A stretch of 64,000 bases of DNA from Candidatus Dadabacteria bacterium (lineage in GTDB: Bacteria > Desulfobacterota_D > UBA1144 > Nemesobacterales > CSP1-2): the NCBI GenBank assembly GCA_963805855.1, contig CAWDVW010000002.1, positions 384,001 through 448,000 of the forward strand. Direction: 5' to 3'. Shown piece by piece: positions 1 to 10,619 of this stretch (the stretch's first letter is position 1; the number at the start of each line of letters is the position of its first letter). A program made the translations under genes and the position numbers. The notes below the pieces were generated by a model. It searched no databases, was not told where the DNA came from, and worked only from the letters and a program-made list of their open reading frames with translations.

Positions 1-201
1 ACCGGCAATCTGGTCGATGTTTGGCATGCTCGGTGGTGTCTCCCCGCCGTAGCCGAAGACCTGCATCTGGTCGATGCCGACATCATCCATGATGACGAGC
101 AGGATGTTTGGCGTTTTGCTCGTCGCGGCGTTGTCATCGCTTCCGTCACAGCCCGACAATGCCAAGACCAGAAGTCCCACCAGCGCCGACGCGATCTTCA
201 T
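1..201 (-). CDS. Sulfatase-family lipoprotein, N-terminal part (runs off window)
   Basis: Manual translation MKIASALVGLLVLALSGCDG...TPNILLVIMDDVGIDQ...PNIDQIA: lipobox LSGC plus sulfatase PNILL..DD motif; AGGAGG-like RBS upstream. Not in the ORF track. Confidence 0.85.
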   Translation of the reverse strand, partial: MKIASALVGLLVLALSGCDGSDDNAATSKTPNILLVIMDDVGIDQMQVFGYGGETPPSMPNIDQIAG

Positions 202-586
202 GGTTATACTCCTCCTATTGGCTGAGCCGTTCTCTGGAAAGCCCTTCGGCCCGGGGTCAATCATCTGTCGCCGCAGCCACCTCGTTGTTGCGCCTCAAGC
301 GTGAGCGACCGGACATTCCTCCCCGTCTAACTACTGGCTATGCGGAAATCTTTGTGCGCCCCTAGTCGTATGGGAAACATAAATCCATTTATGCATAAAA
401 CTTCTTTATCAATTTTCATACCGTATCAAGAAAATAGATTTGTGTCAAGTATTGTTTCTAACATATACGTATTAAAAATCCACCGAGGGCAATATCATCC
501 ACAATCTACGAATTGAGTAGGTTTAAATCTTATAGACTAACTCATAACCCCATTTTCAATTTTCACTTTAGATATATATTTTAATC

Positions 587-742
587 ATGAGACAAAGATC
601 GGCGCAATTCCTTGTAAGGCTTGATGAAAATATTCTTGATAGGCTAAGGGTACTAGCAAAGAAAGAGCGTAGAACTGCCAACGAGTTATTGAGGGAAGCG
701 GTGGCAGACTTATTAAAAGAGAGGGAAATGCATAAATCTTAA
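587..742 (+). CDS. Small ribbon-helix-helix (Arc/CopG-like) DNA-binding protein
   Basis: Manual translation MRQRSAQFLVRLDENILDRLRVLAKKERRTANELLREAVADLLKEREMHKS (51 aa) fits the RHH pattern; lies directly upstream of the integrase remnant. Confidence 0.75.
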   Translation: MRQRSAQFLVRLDENILDRLRVLAKKERRTANELLREAVADLLKEREMHKS

Positions 743-774
743 GAAATCAAAATTTAAAAGGGGGGTAAATTGAT

Positions 775-1341
775 ATGGCTGTGTATAAAAAAGATAGTCG
801 ATGGTATACGGTATATAGATTATTATTTGCCAAATGGCAAAAGGAAAAGGTATTAGACAGGGTGAGATATTCGATCTTAAATGGCAAAACCTACATTTCA
901 AAGAAGGTTATATCTTAGTGAGAGAGAGCAGGAACAATCACTCAAGGGTAATACCTATCAACAAAGTATTGATGGACACTTTAAAATCAGTTAAAAATAA
1001 TGGCTCAGGCAAATATATATTTTCCCACAATTACGGGAACGACCCTGTTAAGACTTTCAAAACAGCATTTAATTCAGCAATCAGAGGATCAGGGGTAGAG
1101 AAGTTTAGATTTTATGCTCTGAGATATGCCTTTGCAAGTAAATTGATTATGGCCGGCGTAGACATTGTTACGGTTCAAGAGCTAATGGGACATAAGAGTG
1201 TTAACATGACAAAGAGATATTCTCAACCCTACCCCTGAGCACAAAAAACAGGCTGTAGAGAGGTTAAATTGGTCTGCTATGGACACCTATTTGGACACTG
1301 ATTATACTAATAAGAGTGTCCGAGGGATTGTAAGTATCTGA
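775..1341 (+). pseudogene. Decayed tyrosine recombinase/integrase
   Basis: N-terminus MAVYKKDSRWY/IDYYLPNGKRKR broken by a 7-nt duplication and joined directly to catalytic GIRQGEIFDLKW; YALR replaces HxLR; LMGH and RY retained; frameshift near 1225 continues as HPTPEHKKQAVERL. Confidence 0.85.
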
Positions 1342-1353
1342 AATTATTAGATT

Positions 1354-1427
<74 letters not shown>

Positions 1428-1439
1428 GAAAAAATCAAT

Positions 1440-1515
1440 GGTGGGTGTAGCTCAGGCTGGTTAGAGCACTGGGTTGTGGCCCCAGAGGTCGCCGGTTCAA
1501 GTCCGGTCACCCACC
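1440..1515 (+). tRNA. tRNA-His (GTG)
   Basis: G-1, acceptor GTGGGTG/CACCCAC with C discriminator, anticodon arm CTGGG-TTGTGGC-CCCAG, T loop TTCAAGT. Confidence 0.97.
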
Positions 1516-1567
1516 CTCTTTTCGCTAGTATTTTCAGAGAGTTATCCAATAATTAAAGGATATTCCG

Positions 1568-2236
1568 TCACGTAGGAATCAAATCACAATAATAAAAGCG
1601 GTTATTCCTCAGGACGACTCCCCCCTTAGCAAATATTATGGGAATTTCAAAAATATGCCCGGCATATACGAATGTATGGAATTCTCCGTTTTCTCCACAA
1701 GGATCGACCCCAGCAGGAAGGTCAGATAAAAATTGCTCATCGTATTCTCTGCCTGCGAATGATTTGTCTAATGCTTCTGCATCTACGCATGTGATAACCG
1801 CCTTGAATCCCGACGCTATAAACGTGTTGGCGAGGTCAATGGAATTTTTCCCCCAAATAGGGAATAAGCCCCTCATGCCTATTCCGCTTAGAAAATCTTC
1901 CCGGTACGTTCTTATATCTTGTAGGAAGATATCCCCAAATGCTACAGAACTAATGCCCATTTTCTTATATTCAAGGACTACTTCACTGAACTTTGATTCA
2001 TATTCCTCATTTGAAGCCTTGTGTGAGATAAAAATCTTTTCCAAGGGTATACCAATGGAATCTGCCTGCTGTTCGAGAAGGATTCTTCTTATACCGTGCA
2101 TGCTGACCCTGTCATAATCTTTGGTGATAGTCGTTATCAAGGCGACTATCTCAAAATTGTCGTTTTTTCGAAGCTCACGTAGAGCTAATACACTATCTTT
2201 TCCACCACTCCAGGATAGAAGAACTTTTTCGGCCAT
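1568..2236 (-). CDS. PP-loop ATP-binding protein, diphthamide synthase (DUF71/Dph6)-like
   Basis: SWSGGKDS PP-loop, FGDI and DPCGENGEFHTFV motifs. Confidence 0.9.
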   Translation of the reverse strand: MAEKVLLSWSGGKDSVLALRELRKNDNFEIVALITTITKDYDRVSMHGIRRILLEQQADSIGIPLEKIFISHKASNEEYESKFSEVVLEYKKMGISSVAFGDIFLQDIRTYREDFLSGIGMRGLFPIWGKNSIDLANTFIASGFKAVITCVDAEALDKSFAGREYDEQFLSDLPAGVDPCGENGEFHTFVYAGHIFEIPIIFAKGGVVLRNNRFYYCDLIPT

Positions 2237-2420
2237 TGCGATTCTCCAAATTTAAGTATTGATCATTAGAGGATAAATCATTAAGAAAAGCGCGTCACCT
2301 TTTTAGGAGTCGGAAGTCAGAATTGAATGTATAATTATATAGGCAGGTTTGGAGATTGAAAGTAAGAATTTCAAATCGATTATGCCTTCATTCTCCGGGC
2401 TCCGATTTTCCACCTAATCT

Positions 2421-2443
2421 GTAGGAGCGGCTTCCAGCCGCGA
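2421..2443 (+). repeat. GTAG-type REP upstream of RAYT
   Basis: GTAGGAGCGGCTTCCAGCCGCGA: GTAG foot plus GCGGCT/AGCCGC hairpin. Confidence 0.85.
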
Positions 2444-2455
2444 GAAAGGAAATAC

Positions 2456-2920
2456 ATGAGAAATACGCAACCCCATCAAAAAAGCCTTCGAAACGGTCGC
2501 TATATCGAGGAAGGTCTTTTCTACTTTGTTACTTCAGTAACAAAAGACCGTAGTGCCTAGTTTCTTAAATCTCACGCCGCGCTAACCGTGCTGGATGCCC
2601 TGAAATGGCTGGACCAAAAAGATCGAATAATCTTGGTGGTTGCGGTGGTTATGCCTGACCATCTTCACTTCATTGCTCAACTTAAGGACAAAACACTGTC
2701 TCGGCTGATGCATTCACTGAAAAGCTACACGGCAAATGAAATTAATAAAATCTTGGGTAGACGAGGTCATGTTTGGGAACACCAGTATTACGAAAGCGGC
2801 ATAAGATCTGAGCGGGCCTTGAAAGAGAAAGTCGAATATTGCTTAAAGAACCCCGAAAGAAGAGGTTTGGTGGAAGACTTCAGGAAGTATCCATATTGGT
2901 ATTGCAGGTATCAAGTCTGA
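2456..2920 (+). pseudogene. REP-associated tyrosine transposase (RAYT, Y1 HUH) with in-frame TAG at 2558-2560
   Basis: ATG at 2456 gives MRNTQPHQKSLRNGRY...YFVTSVTKDR, in frame with VVMPDHLH (HUH), LKSYTA, VWEHQYY and YCLKNP motifs. Confidence 0.88.
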
Positions 2921-2990
2921 TCGCGCCAAGATGGCGCTCCTACGGAAGGGGCGGAACTTGGATTGTTGTAGGAGCAGCTCCCAGCCGCGA
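2921..2990. repeat. Pair of REPs downstream of RAYT (inverted 2921-2943, direct 2968-2990)
   Basis: TCGCGCCAAGATGGCGCTCCTAC (reverse complement starts GTAGGAGCG) and GTAGGAGCAGCTCCCAGCCGCGA. Confidence 0.85.
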
Positions 2991-3107
2991 TAATCAGATC
3001 GCACAAACGGTAACCCTGAATAAATCATTGGATTACAAACGAGGGTAGCTTCGTTTATTATTGGGTAATATATATCGTTCATTGAAAATTAAGCGCTATT
3101 TACTTAA

Positions 3108-4211
3108 ATGTATAAACAAATAATAAGACCGATACTAGATCGGTTGGACTCAGAGACATGGCATGATATAGCCCGCGAATCATTGCACTTTGCAGAGGTG
3201 TCTCCCTTTACCCTTAAATTATTGGAGAAATTTGCTTACAGAGGAAGTCGATTTGTCGATGATAGGCTTCGAGTTTCACTGGGCGGGGTAGAATTGGAAA
3301 ACCCCCTTATAGTGGGCGCAGGATGGGATAAAGCCGGCCGTGCCGTGAAGGGACTATGGCAATTCGGGTTTGCCGGCGTAGAGGTCGGGTCGGTCCTCGA
3401 GTATCCACAGGCTGGAAATCCTAAACCCAGGATGTTCATGCTGTCATCGGGTGTTGCTCTAAATTGGCTAGCCTTTAACAGCCCTGGGGTTGATCTTGTC
3501 GCAAGAAATCTCGAGAAGTATAAGGATAGCGGCATACCCATTGGAATAAGTATAGGCATCAACCGGGACGTTGACGCGAAGGATGCCCCAATTGCCCATG
3601 CTGTAGTGGCAGAGGAGTTATACGATCATGCGAGTTATTTTGTCATTAATATTAGCTCGCCAAATACACCGGGGCTCAGACGACTCCAGGTCAAAAATTC
3701 TGTTACAGATATAGCGCGAGCCGTTAACCGAGAAATGGATGAGAAGGGCGAAAGAAAACCCCTGTTCGTAAAAATAGCTCCTGACCTCAATCAGAATGAC
3801 CTGGATGGCATTATTGACGCAGTCGTTGATAATGGTTTGACAGGAATAATAGCGGCAAACACCGCCGATATTCCTGAGCTAAGAGCGAAGTACGGTGAAA
3901 GATGGAGGAATGTTAGTGGCGGAATAAGCGGTGACGATGAGGATTATAGGAGGATGACGACCGAAAAAATCACCCATATCTACAGGCAAGCTGGCAAATC
4001 GGTGGAAATTATAGGGGTCGGAGGCGTAAACGATACCGAGACAGCCATTGAAAAAATCAAAGCAGGGGCAAAAGCGCTTCAAATCGTTACAGGCATCAGG
4101 GGAGAAGGCCCCACCCTGCCCGGCAGGATCAACCGCGGGCTTGTCGAGTATATGGAGAAAGAGGGCATCAAAAACCTTGATGAGATAGTGGGAATTGATG
4201 TTAGGAAATAA
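3108..4211 (+). CDS. pyrD: Dihydroorotate dehydrogenase (quinone, class 2)
   Basis: AGWDK, GNPKPRMF, INISSPNTPGLR, VKIAPD, IIGVGG motifs. Confidence 0.95.
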   Translation: MYKQIIRPILDRLDSETWHDIARESLHFAEVSPFTLKLLEKFAYRGSRFVDDRLRVSLGGVELENPLIVGAGWDKAGRAVKGLWQFGFAGVEVGSVLEYPQAGNPKPRMFMLSSGVALNWLAFNSPGVDLVARNLEKYKDSGIPIGISIGINRDVDAKDAPIAHAVVAEELYDHASYFVINISSPNTPGLRRLQVKNSVTDIARAVNREMDEKGERKPLFVKIAPDLNQNDLDGIIDAVVDNGLTGIIAANTADIPELRAKYGERWRNVSGGISGDDEDYRRMTTEKITHIYRQAGKSVEIIGVGGVNDTETAIEKIKAGAKALQIVTGIRGEGPTLPGRINRGLVEYMEKEGIKNLDEIVGIDVRK

Positions 4212-4363
4212 TATAATCAACGATAGACGGGACTTTTCCAGCCCCCTCTTTCGTTCCCCCCCAATTCATTGGGGGAGAGTATGATTGTATGATTCGAGGT
4301 GATTTCTGAATGTAGCGGCGACCTTAAGGTCGCCATGCTGGATTGGAGAACACTTGCCGTACC

Positions 4364-5542
4364 TTAGGTCCTATAATGGGCATTTAGCTTCAAGTATTCC
4401 ATCGTTATATCGCTGGCTATGACAAAAGAACTTGCCTTGCCACTTTTGATGTCTAGGGTAACTGTAAAATTTGGCTGTCTTATAACATGCTCAAATTTAT
4501 TTCCATCCATAACCTCGACACCGTTTCTGACTACCTTATAATTTCCAAAATAAAGGTCCACCTTCTCAGGATCGAATTTAACCCCTGCCCTTCCAGCGGC
4601 GGCAATTATTCTGCCCCAATTCGGGTCTTCGCCATAAAAAGCGGTCTTGACCAGCAATGAGGACCCGAGTGTTCTGGCAATGAGATTTGCTTGACTCTCG
4701 GTTTTCGCATTCTTAATTATGATCTTTACAACCTTGGTAGCCCCTTCCCCATCTCTCACAATCATCTCTGCGATCTCAGTGCTAAGTTCGGTCAATGCCC
4801 TTTCAAACTTCTTATACATCCTATCTCCCTCAGCGATTGCCTTGTTTCCCAGTATCCCGTTTGAAAGCATGATCACAGCATCATTAGTTGAGGTGTCACC
4901 ATCTACAATTATCCGATTAAACGATGTTTCAACTGACCTCTTCAGAGATTTCACCATGGCCCTTCTTGTTAGGTTGATATCAGTTAGGATAAAACACAGC
5001 ATGGTAGCCATCTGAGGGGCAATCATTCCCGCCCCTTTTCCAATTGCGCATATTGTCCCCAATTTCCCATCTACCTTTAACCTTGAAGATGCGTATTTAG
5101 GAAACTGATCCGTCGTCATTATTGCCTCAGCCATATCTACCAGTCCATCGTGCCTTAAACTAGAAATCAGATTCGGGACTGCTTTCTCTATCTTTTCCAC
5201 GGGCAGAAACTCGCCTATTACCCCTGTCGAAGAAGGTATTACTAGTGATTCCTCAATCTTGAGCCTATTTGCGACTATTCTCGTTGTAAGTTCAGCATCC
5301 TTGATACCTCTTTTAGCAGTGCAGGCATTTGCATTGCCGCTGTTTACGATTACTGCCTGACAGAACCCGCCCTTAACGCGCTCCATAGCAATTACTACAG
5401 GTGCAGCTTTTACAACGTTGGTTGTAAAAACCGCCGCAACTCTTGCCGGAATCTCAGAAAAAATCAGACCCAAATCTTTCTTCTCTTTCTTCTTTATTCC
5501 TGCATATATTCCCGAGCTAAGAAATCCTGGCACCTCGATCAT
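4364..5542 (-). CDS. argJ: Bifunctional ornithine acetyltransferase / N-acetylglutamate synthase
   Basis: NSGNANACT, KGAGMIAPQMATML, DTSTND, DGEGATK, DPNWGRI. Confidence 0.97.
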   Translation of the reverse strand: MIEVPGFLSSGIYAGIKKKEKKDLGLIFSEIPARVAAVFTTNVVKAAPVVIAMERVKGGFCQAVIVNSGNANACTAKRGIKDAELTTRIVANRLKIEESLVIPSSTGVIGEFLPVEKIEKAVPNLISSLRHDGLVDMAEAIMTTDQFPKYASSRLKVDGKLGTICAIGKGAGMIAPQMATMLCFILTDINLTRRAMVKSLKRSVETSFNRIIVDGDTSTNDAVIMLSNGILGNKAIAEGDRMYKKFERALTELSTEIAEMIVRDGEGATKVVKIIIKNAKTESQANLIARTLGSSLLVKTAFYGEDPNWGRIIAAAGRAGVKFDPEKVDLYFGNYKVVRNGVEVMDGNKFEHVIRQPNFTVTLDIKSGKASSFVIASDITMEYLKLNAHYRT

Positions 5543-6252
5543 TTACAAAGCTCCTCGACTAATTTAAATGACTTAAATTCTTTCCCAGTATGATATTCGG
5601 TGAATTTTCGAAATAGATTTATATACTTAAAAGCCCTTCCATGGTCCTCATCTATTAATCGTGAATCTAGCAAAAAATCCCTCGATAAAACAAGTCCAAC
5701 GGTCTTACTCGAATTACAACTTGAGCAAATAAATCCTCCCATTTTGATGCTGAAGGACGATCTTTCATCAATAACCTGACCACATTCAGCACAGGAAGTG
5801 AGGTTAGGCATTAACCCTGACAATTTAAGAATAGAGAGTTGAAACCTCAAAAGTTCTGGAAGAGCGGATGTCCCGGAATCAAGAGACGAGAATGTATCCA
5901 CCAAGAGGCTAAAAGTTTTTTCGTTGGGTTCTTCTTTTGGCACGAGGATTTCTATATTCTCCATAATGAAACTCCCCAGAGCAAAGAGGTCTAAATTCCG
6001 CATTAAACTAGAAAAAACATTTATAGTCTCGCAGTCCTCAACGAAACTCATTCTGCCCGATCTTTCCCGAAAACGAATGCGAAGATGTATAAATGGCTCG
6101 AGCCTTCCACCAAACCGCCTACTGCTCTTCTTAGCATTCTTTGCAAACCCGGTAATTTTCCCGTAATCCCTGGTGAAAATCGAGAGTATGAAATCCGCTT
6201 CACCGTAGATATTCTTCTTAAGTATAAATGACTCAGAGAGCTGCATTAACAA
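5539..6252 (-). CDS. recO: DNA repair protein RecO
   Basis: YGEAD..L..FT..YGKI, RFGGRLEPF, C-terminal CxxC...CxxC zinc site. Confidence 0.93.
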   Translation of the reverse strand: MLMQLSESFILKKNIYGEADFILSIFTRDYGKITGFAKNAKKSSRRFGGRLEPFIHLRIRFRERSGRMSFVEDCETINVFSSLMRNLDLFALGSFIMENIEILVPKEEPNEKTFSLLVDTFSSLDSGTSALPELLRFQLSILKLSGLMPNLTSCAECGQVIDERSSFSIKMGGFICSSCNSSKTVGLVLSRDFLLDSRLIDEDHGRAFKYINLFRKFTEYHTGKEFKSFKLVEELCK

Positions 6253-6261
6253 TATTATTGT

Positions 6262-7614
6262 CTAAAAAATCATCATAGCAATAAAGAGATAAACAACCGA
6301 ACCAAATAAATCATTAAACATCGTCAGAAACGGACCAGAAGCGGCGGCGGGATCAAACTTTAATTTGTACAGGGTAAGGGGTCCGGCCACCCCAATGAAT
6401 GAGGTAGCGATGGTCGCCGTAACCATCGCTACGAAAACCGCAATGGCTAGTTTTCCAACTTGTGGCTCGTTCATGCTAATTACCGAGCCAACAACCGCCG
6501 CAACTGAACCACAAATCAAACCAATAATCAATCCCACTTTTAATTCTGCAAGAATCAACGTTATCATTTCTCCAAAGTGTATCGTTCCCATGCCGAGACC
6601 CCTGATGACAATCGTTACGGTCTGAAGCCCGACATTTCCACCGGTAGCCATTATAGCAGGCATAAATGCAGCTAGGATCGCAACCTTTTGTAGCGTCGGT
6701 TTGAATGTATGAATTATCACCAAGGCTATCATAAGCTCTCCAAAGAGTGTTAAGATAAGCCAAGGTGTCCTCAATCTTACTCTTGTGGCCGTTGGTGTGT
6801 ATATTGGATGAAGATATTCTTGAACGCCTGCTAATTGATACATGTCTTCAGAAGCTTCTTCTGTTATGACATCGATGATATCGTCTGCAGTGATCCGTCC
6901 AATCAGTTCTCCGTTTTCTCCTACCACCGGGAGAGAGAAAATATCGTACTTTTCGAACAGATTGCCAACCGCTTCCTGATCCATAGACGGGGTAGCCGTT
7001 ATTTCAACAGGCTCCATTATACTCTTTACCGTTGCTCTGGGATTTGAAAGAAGCAGTTTCTTTGGCGTGACTACTCCGAGGAGTTTTTCATTGTCATCTA
7101 CCACGTATATTTCATGAAAATCTTCCACATCTTCAGCAATCAGACGAATCCAATTTATTGCTTCTGCGACGGTGGAATCCTCTTGTACCTCGACCAGTTC
7201 CTTCTGCATAATACCACCGGCGGAATCTTCAGCATATTTGAGAAGAGTCTCTACCTCTTCTACCTCTCGAGGCGGTAACTTTTCAAGTACCAATCTTGCA
7301 GTTTCATCGGGTAATTCTCCAATCAGGTCAGCAGCGTCATCTGAATCCATTTCTTCAACCAATTCAGCTATTTCACCTAGGTCAAGTGTCTTTAGAACCT
7401 CCTGCCGAACCTCTGGCTCGATCTCTAAAATCACTTCAGAGGCCGTTTTCTTATCTAGGCTATTGATTACCCTCGATTGATCTTCAGGTTCAAGAGCTTG
7501 GATCAAGTCAGAAATTTCGAATGGTTGAAGCTTTGAGAGCAATTCCTCAATCTCCTCTGCTTTTCCCTTCAAAATTAAATTGGAAAATTCCTCTTTATAC
7601 TTTTGTTCTTCCAT
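6262..7614 (-). CDS. mgtE: Magnesium transporter MgtE
   Basis: Acidic N-terminal domain, CBS pair, GGNVGLQ and DPAAASGPFLTMFND transmembrane motifs. Confidence 0.96.
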   Translation of the reverse strand: MEEQKYKEEFSNLILKGKAEEIEELLSKLQPFEISDLIQALEPEDQSRVINSLDKKTASEVILEIEPEVRQEVLKTLDLGEIAELVEEMDSDDAADLIGELPDETARLVLEKLPPREVEEVETLLKYAEDSAGGIMQKELVEVQEDSTVAEAINWIRLIAEDVEDFHEIYVVDDNEKLLGVVTPKKLLLSNPRATVKSIMEPVEITATPSMDQEAVGNLFEKYDIFSLPVVGENGELIGRITADDIIDVITEEASEDMYQLAGVQEYLHPIYTPTATRVRLRTPWLILTLFGELMIALVIIHTFKPTLQKVAILAAFMPAIMATGGNVGLQTVTIVIRGLGMGTIHFGEMITLILAELKVGLIIGLICGSVAAVVGSVISMNEPQVGKLAIAVFVAMVTATIATSFIGVAGPLTLYKLKFDPAAASGPFLTMFNDLFGSVVYLFIAMMIF

Positions 7615-7960
7615 GATGCCGATTTGACATTTTAGGGTCTAATCAAGCTAGTCTAAGTGAGAAACCTAAAATGTAAAGCAATATATGTTCTATTCAATAC
7701 AAAAGAATAATAACTGCATTATGCTCCTTTAAAATTCATGATATCAGATATTGATTCTGCATATGTCAAAGCCAGTGATCCAACATCTAAACAACTACTT
7801 ATTCGAATAATAATATTTAGCCACCCGAAGAATTTCTTTATTTTATAATTCATTAAGATAATATAAATAGATCGAGAAACAGACGGTGTAAATCATTTGA
7901 AACTTGGTATAGTTAAGAAATAGTCAAACAAAGCAATCATTTGTTGTTAATGGAGGTAGT

Positions 7961-8374
7961 TTGATGAATGTGGAACAAAACAAGTCTATTGCCCTGCGTT
8001 ATATAGAAGAGATGCACAATAAAAGGAATCTAGACGTAGCGGATGAGTTATTCTCGGATGAATGTAAAATCCATTTGGGACAAGCATCATTCAATAGCGA
8101 AAATTATAAGAATATCATACTCAGATCCTCATCTACTTTTTCAGATATAACAACAACCGTAGACGACCTCATTGCTGAGGGAGATAAGGTTGTAACAAGA
8201 TGGACGAGTCGATTTACTCATCAAGATAAATTCATGGGGGTTGATGCTACATATCAGCAAATCAAGATATCTGGTATCTCCATATACAGGATTAACCAAG
8301 GCAAAATTGCCGAAATCTGGATCAGCTGGGACAGGTTATCATTGATGCAGCAAGTGGGCATTATTCATCCCTAG
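7961..8374 (+). CDS. SnoaL-like ester cyclase / NTF2-fold protein
   Basis: DLIAEGDKVVTRW...TH...FMGV..T and GKIAEIW pattern. Confidence 0.88.
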   Translation: MMNVEQNKSIALRYIEEMHNKRNLDVADELFSDECKIHLGQASFNSENYKNIILRSSSTFSDITTTVDDLIAEGDKVVTRWTSRFTHQDKFMGVDATYQQIKISGISIYRINQGKIAEIWISWDRLSLMQQVGIIHP

Positions 8375-8623
8375 ACAGTCCATGATTCCGATCGGATCTT
8401 TTTATTTTTCCTGATTATTACTAGTAAAAGCCCCGTTGGGAGTTTGTTAAACCTAATGACTTTCCGATGATCCTATCTCTGGCACCGAAAATTATTTTTA
8501 TTGAACGGGACAGGAATGTCCCACCTATCGTATGAACTTATGGTTTGGTCGTTTCGTAATACCAAATATCATATTATAATATATTGTTGATGGATGTATT
8601 TTAAACTTTAAGATAAATTATCC

Positions 8624-9181
8624 ATGTCTAGTAATAAATATGATTTAATTATTTTCTTGTCTCTATCTTGTCTCATAGCTCTTAACATTGCATCCAAAAT
8701 AAATACATTTGCTTCGGGAGGAAATAGTATGGAACTTAAAAGCCCTGCGTTCGAAGAAGGGAGTATGATTCCCCAAAAATACACCTGTGATGGTCAGGAT
8801 ATATCTCCTCCTTTAACATGGACATCAGTGATAGATGGCACGAAGACTCTTGCTCTAATATGTGATGACCCAGATGCTCCGGGTGGAACATGGGTTCACT
8901 GGGTTATTTTTAATATACCCGGCGACACAAGAGGCTTGGCCGAGAACATACCCCCTCAGAAAGAACTTCCCAACGGTGCTAAACAGGGAACTAATGATTT
9001 TAGAAAGATTGGCTATGGAGGGCCTTGCCCTCCCGGGGGGACTCACAGATATTATTTCAAAATTTATTCCCTCGATACAGATCTTGATCTAGAAGCCGGT
9101 GCTACCAAGGCTCAATTACTCCAAGCAATGAAAGGTCACGTTCTTGGAGAGGACCAATTGATTGGTAAATACAAGAGATAA
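8624..9181 (+). CDS. YbhB/YbcL (PEBP, Raf kinase inhibitor-like) protein; alternative start 8729
   Basis: SPPLTW, DDPDAP, WVHW, GYGGPCPP, HRYYF motifs; GGAGG before ATG 8729. Confidence 0.95.
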   Translation: MSSNKYDLIIFLSLSCLIALNIASKINTFASGGNSMELKSPAFEEGSMIPQKYTCDGQDISPPLTWTSVIDGTKTLALICDDPDAPGGTWVHWVIFNIPGDTRGLAENIPPQKELPNGAKQGTNDFRKIGYGGPCPPGGTHRYYFKIYSLDTDLDLEAGATKAQLLQAMKGHVLGEDQLIGKYKR

Positions 9182-9267
9182 TAGTTCTATATAACATTCT
9201 AGCCACTCAATTAGAGACGAGAGCAATAAAGAATATAAGCTTTGCCGGTAGCTTAAATAATACTGTT

Positions 9268-10407
9268 TTAGTGAAGTTCCTCACAAGTTCTACTTATTAC
9301 ATCGACAGCACGATCCACTTCTTCCATAGTGTTTTCAATGGAAAAGCTAAATCGAATACTCGAATAAGCTTCCTCGTCTGTACGACCCATTGCCGTTAAC
9401 ACGAAAGAGGGATCAGGCTGTGAATTGGTGCATGCAGAGCTTTGCGAGCACCTTATTCCCTTTGCGTCTAGTTTCTTTAATAATATTCTTCCGTCTATGC
9501 CTCCAAATAAAATGTTTGTTGTGTTGCAAATCCTATTTGAAGGATCCCCGTTTATACTCGTATTTGGCACCATTTCAAGTACTTTAGACTCAAAGTAGTC
9601 GCGCAGTTCTCGCATCTTCCCAATATGCTCCTTAAGATTCTTCCGTCTGAGTTCCGCTGCCTTACCCATTCCCACAATTCCAGAAACGTTCTCGGTACCG
9701 GGACGGAAGCCGTTCTCTTGAAAGCCCCCGAAGAAAATGGGCGCTAACAAGAACTTATCCCTACAGAATATCGCCCCTATCCCCTGGGGCGAGTGAAATT
9801 TGTGCCCAGTCAAAGAGAGAAAATCTACCGCAGTTTCATCCATGTTTACCTCTAACTTTCCCACGGCCTGGGCTGCGTCCGTATGAATGACTTTTCCATG
9901 TTCATGGCATATAGCGACAATTTCTGCCAATGGCTGAATTACTCCCGTTTCATTATTCACCCATTGTATCGATACAAGGTCTATGTCCTCGCTAACAAGT
10001 CGTCTCAGTTCCTCAAGGTCTATATGTCCCCTTGAATCAACGGGGAGCAAAATAATATCAACACCCTTAATCCTTAGATGACTGCACATCTTTCGGATCG
10101 AGGAATGCTCAATGGTAGTCGTCAGTATACGACAACGCTCATATTTGCCACGTGTAGCGGAGTAGAAAGCCATGTTATTAGCTTCTGTGCCAGAGCTTGT
10201 GAAGACAACATTGTTAGGATCAGCTCCTATCAATTGTCCCAGTTGCTTTCTAGCTTCTTTAATACACCCTCTGACCCTCTCCCCTGCCGAATGAGAGCTA
10301 GACGGATTCCCAAAGCCACTGCTGAGGATCGGAAGCATTAATTTAATCACATCCGGTAATGGCCTTGTGGTTGCATTATTGTCTAAATAAATTTCTATGT
10401 TTGCCAT
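9268..10407 (-). CDS. Cysteine desulfurase (NifS/IscS class)
   Basis: YLDNNATT, GNPSS, SGTEANN, HTDAAQAVGK, GHKF, SSACT catalytic Cys. Confidence 0.93.
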   Translation of the reverse strand: MANIEIYLDNNATTRPLPDVIKLMLPILSSGFGNPSSSHSAGERVRGCIKEARKQLGQLIGADPNNVVFTSSGTEANNMAFYSATRGKYERCRILTTTIEHSSIRKMCSHLRIKGVDIILLPVDSRGHIDLEELRRLVSEDIDLVSIQWVNNETGVIQPLAEIVAICHEHGKVIHTDAAQAVGKLEVNMDETAVDFLSLTGHKFHSPQGIGAIFCRDKFLLAPIFFGGFQENGFRPGTENVSGIVGMGKAAELRRKNLKEHIGKMRELRDYFESKVLEMVPNTSINGDPSNRICNTTNILFGGIDGRILLKKLDAKGIRCSQSSACTNSQPDPSFVLTAMGRTDEEAYSSIRFSFSIENTMEEVDRAVDVISRTCEELH

Positions 10408-10619
10408 AGCCTCTTACATTACATAAACAGTATAATATACAAACCTATAACCTGTACAGTAAATATTAATCGCTAAAGAACAACGGATGAATCATAAGCA
10501 ATAGGCATTCGGATAGGTAGTCCTCGTTCGGTTGATAAGGTCAGGATTGACTTGTGTTTACGCTCTTACGGATATTATTTTTCTGCTCATAAGCAAGTTA
10601 TAATAAACATTCAAATAAT

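Noticed and set aside
74-365. Two plus-strand ORFs in the ORF track
   Set aside because: They are shadows of the minus-strand sulfatase gene, which has the motif and RBS.
2558-2560. Pyrrolysine or amber readthrough in RAYT
   Set aside because: No pyl genes in the window and TAG terminates other genes normally; a nonsense mutation is simpler.
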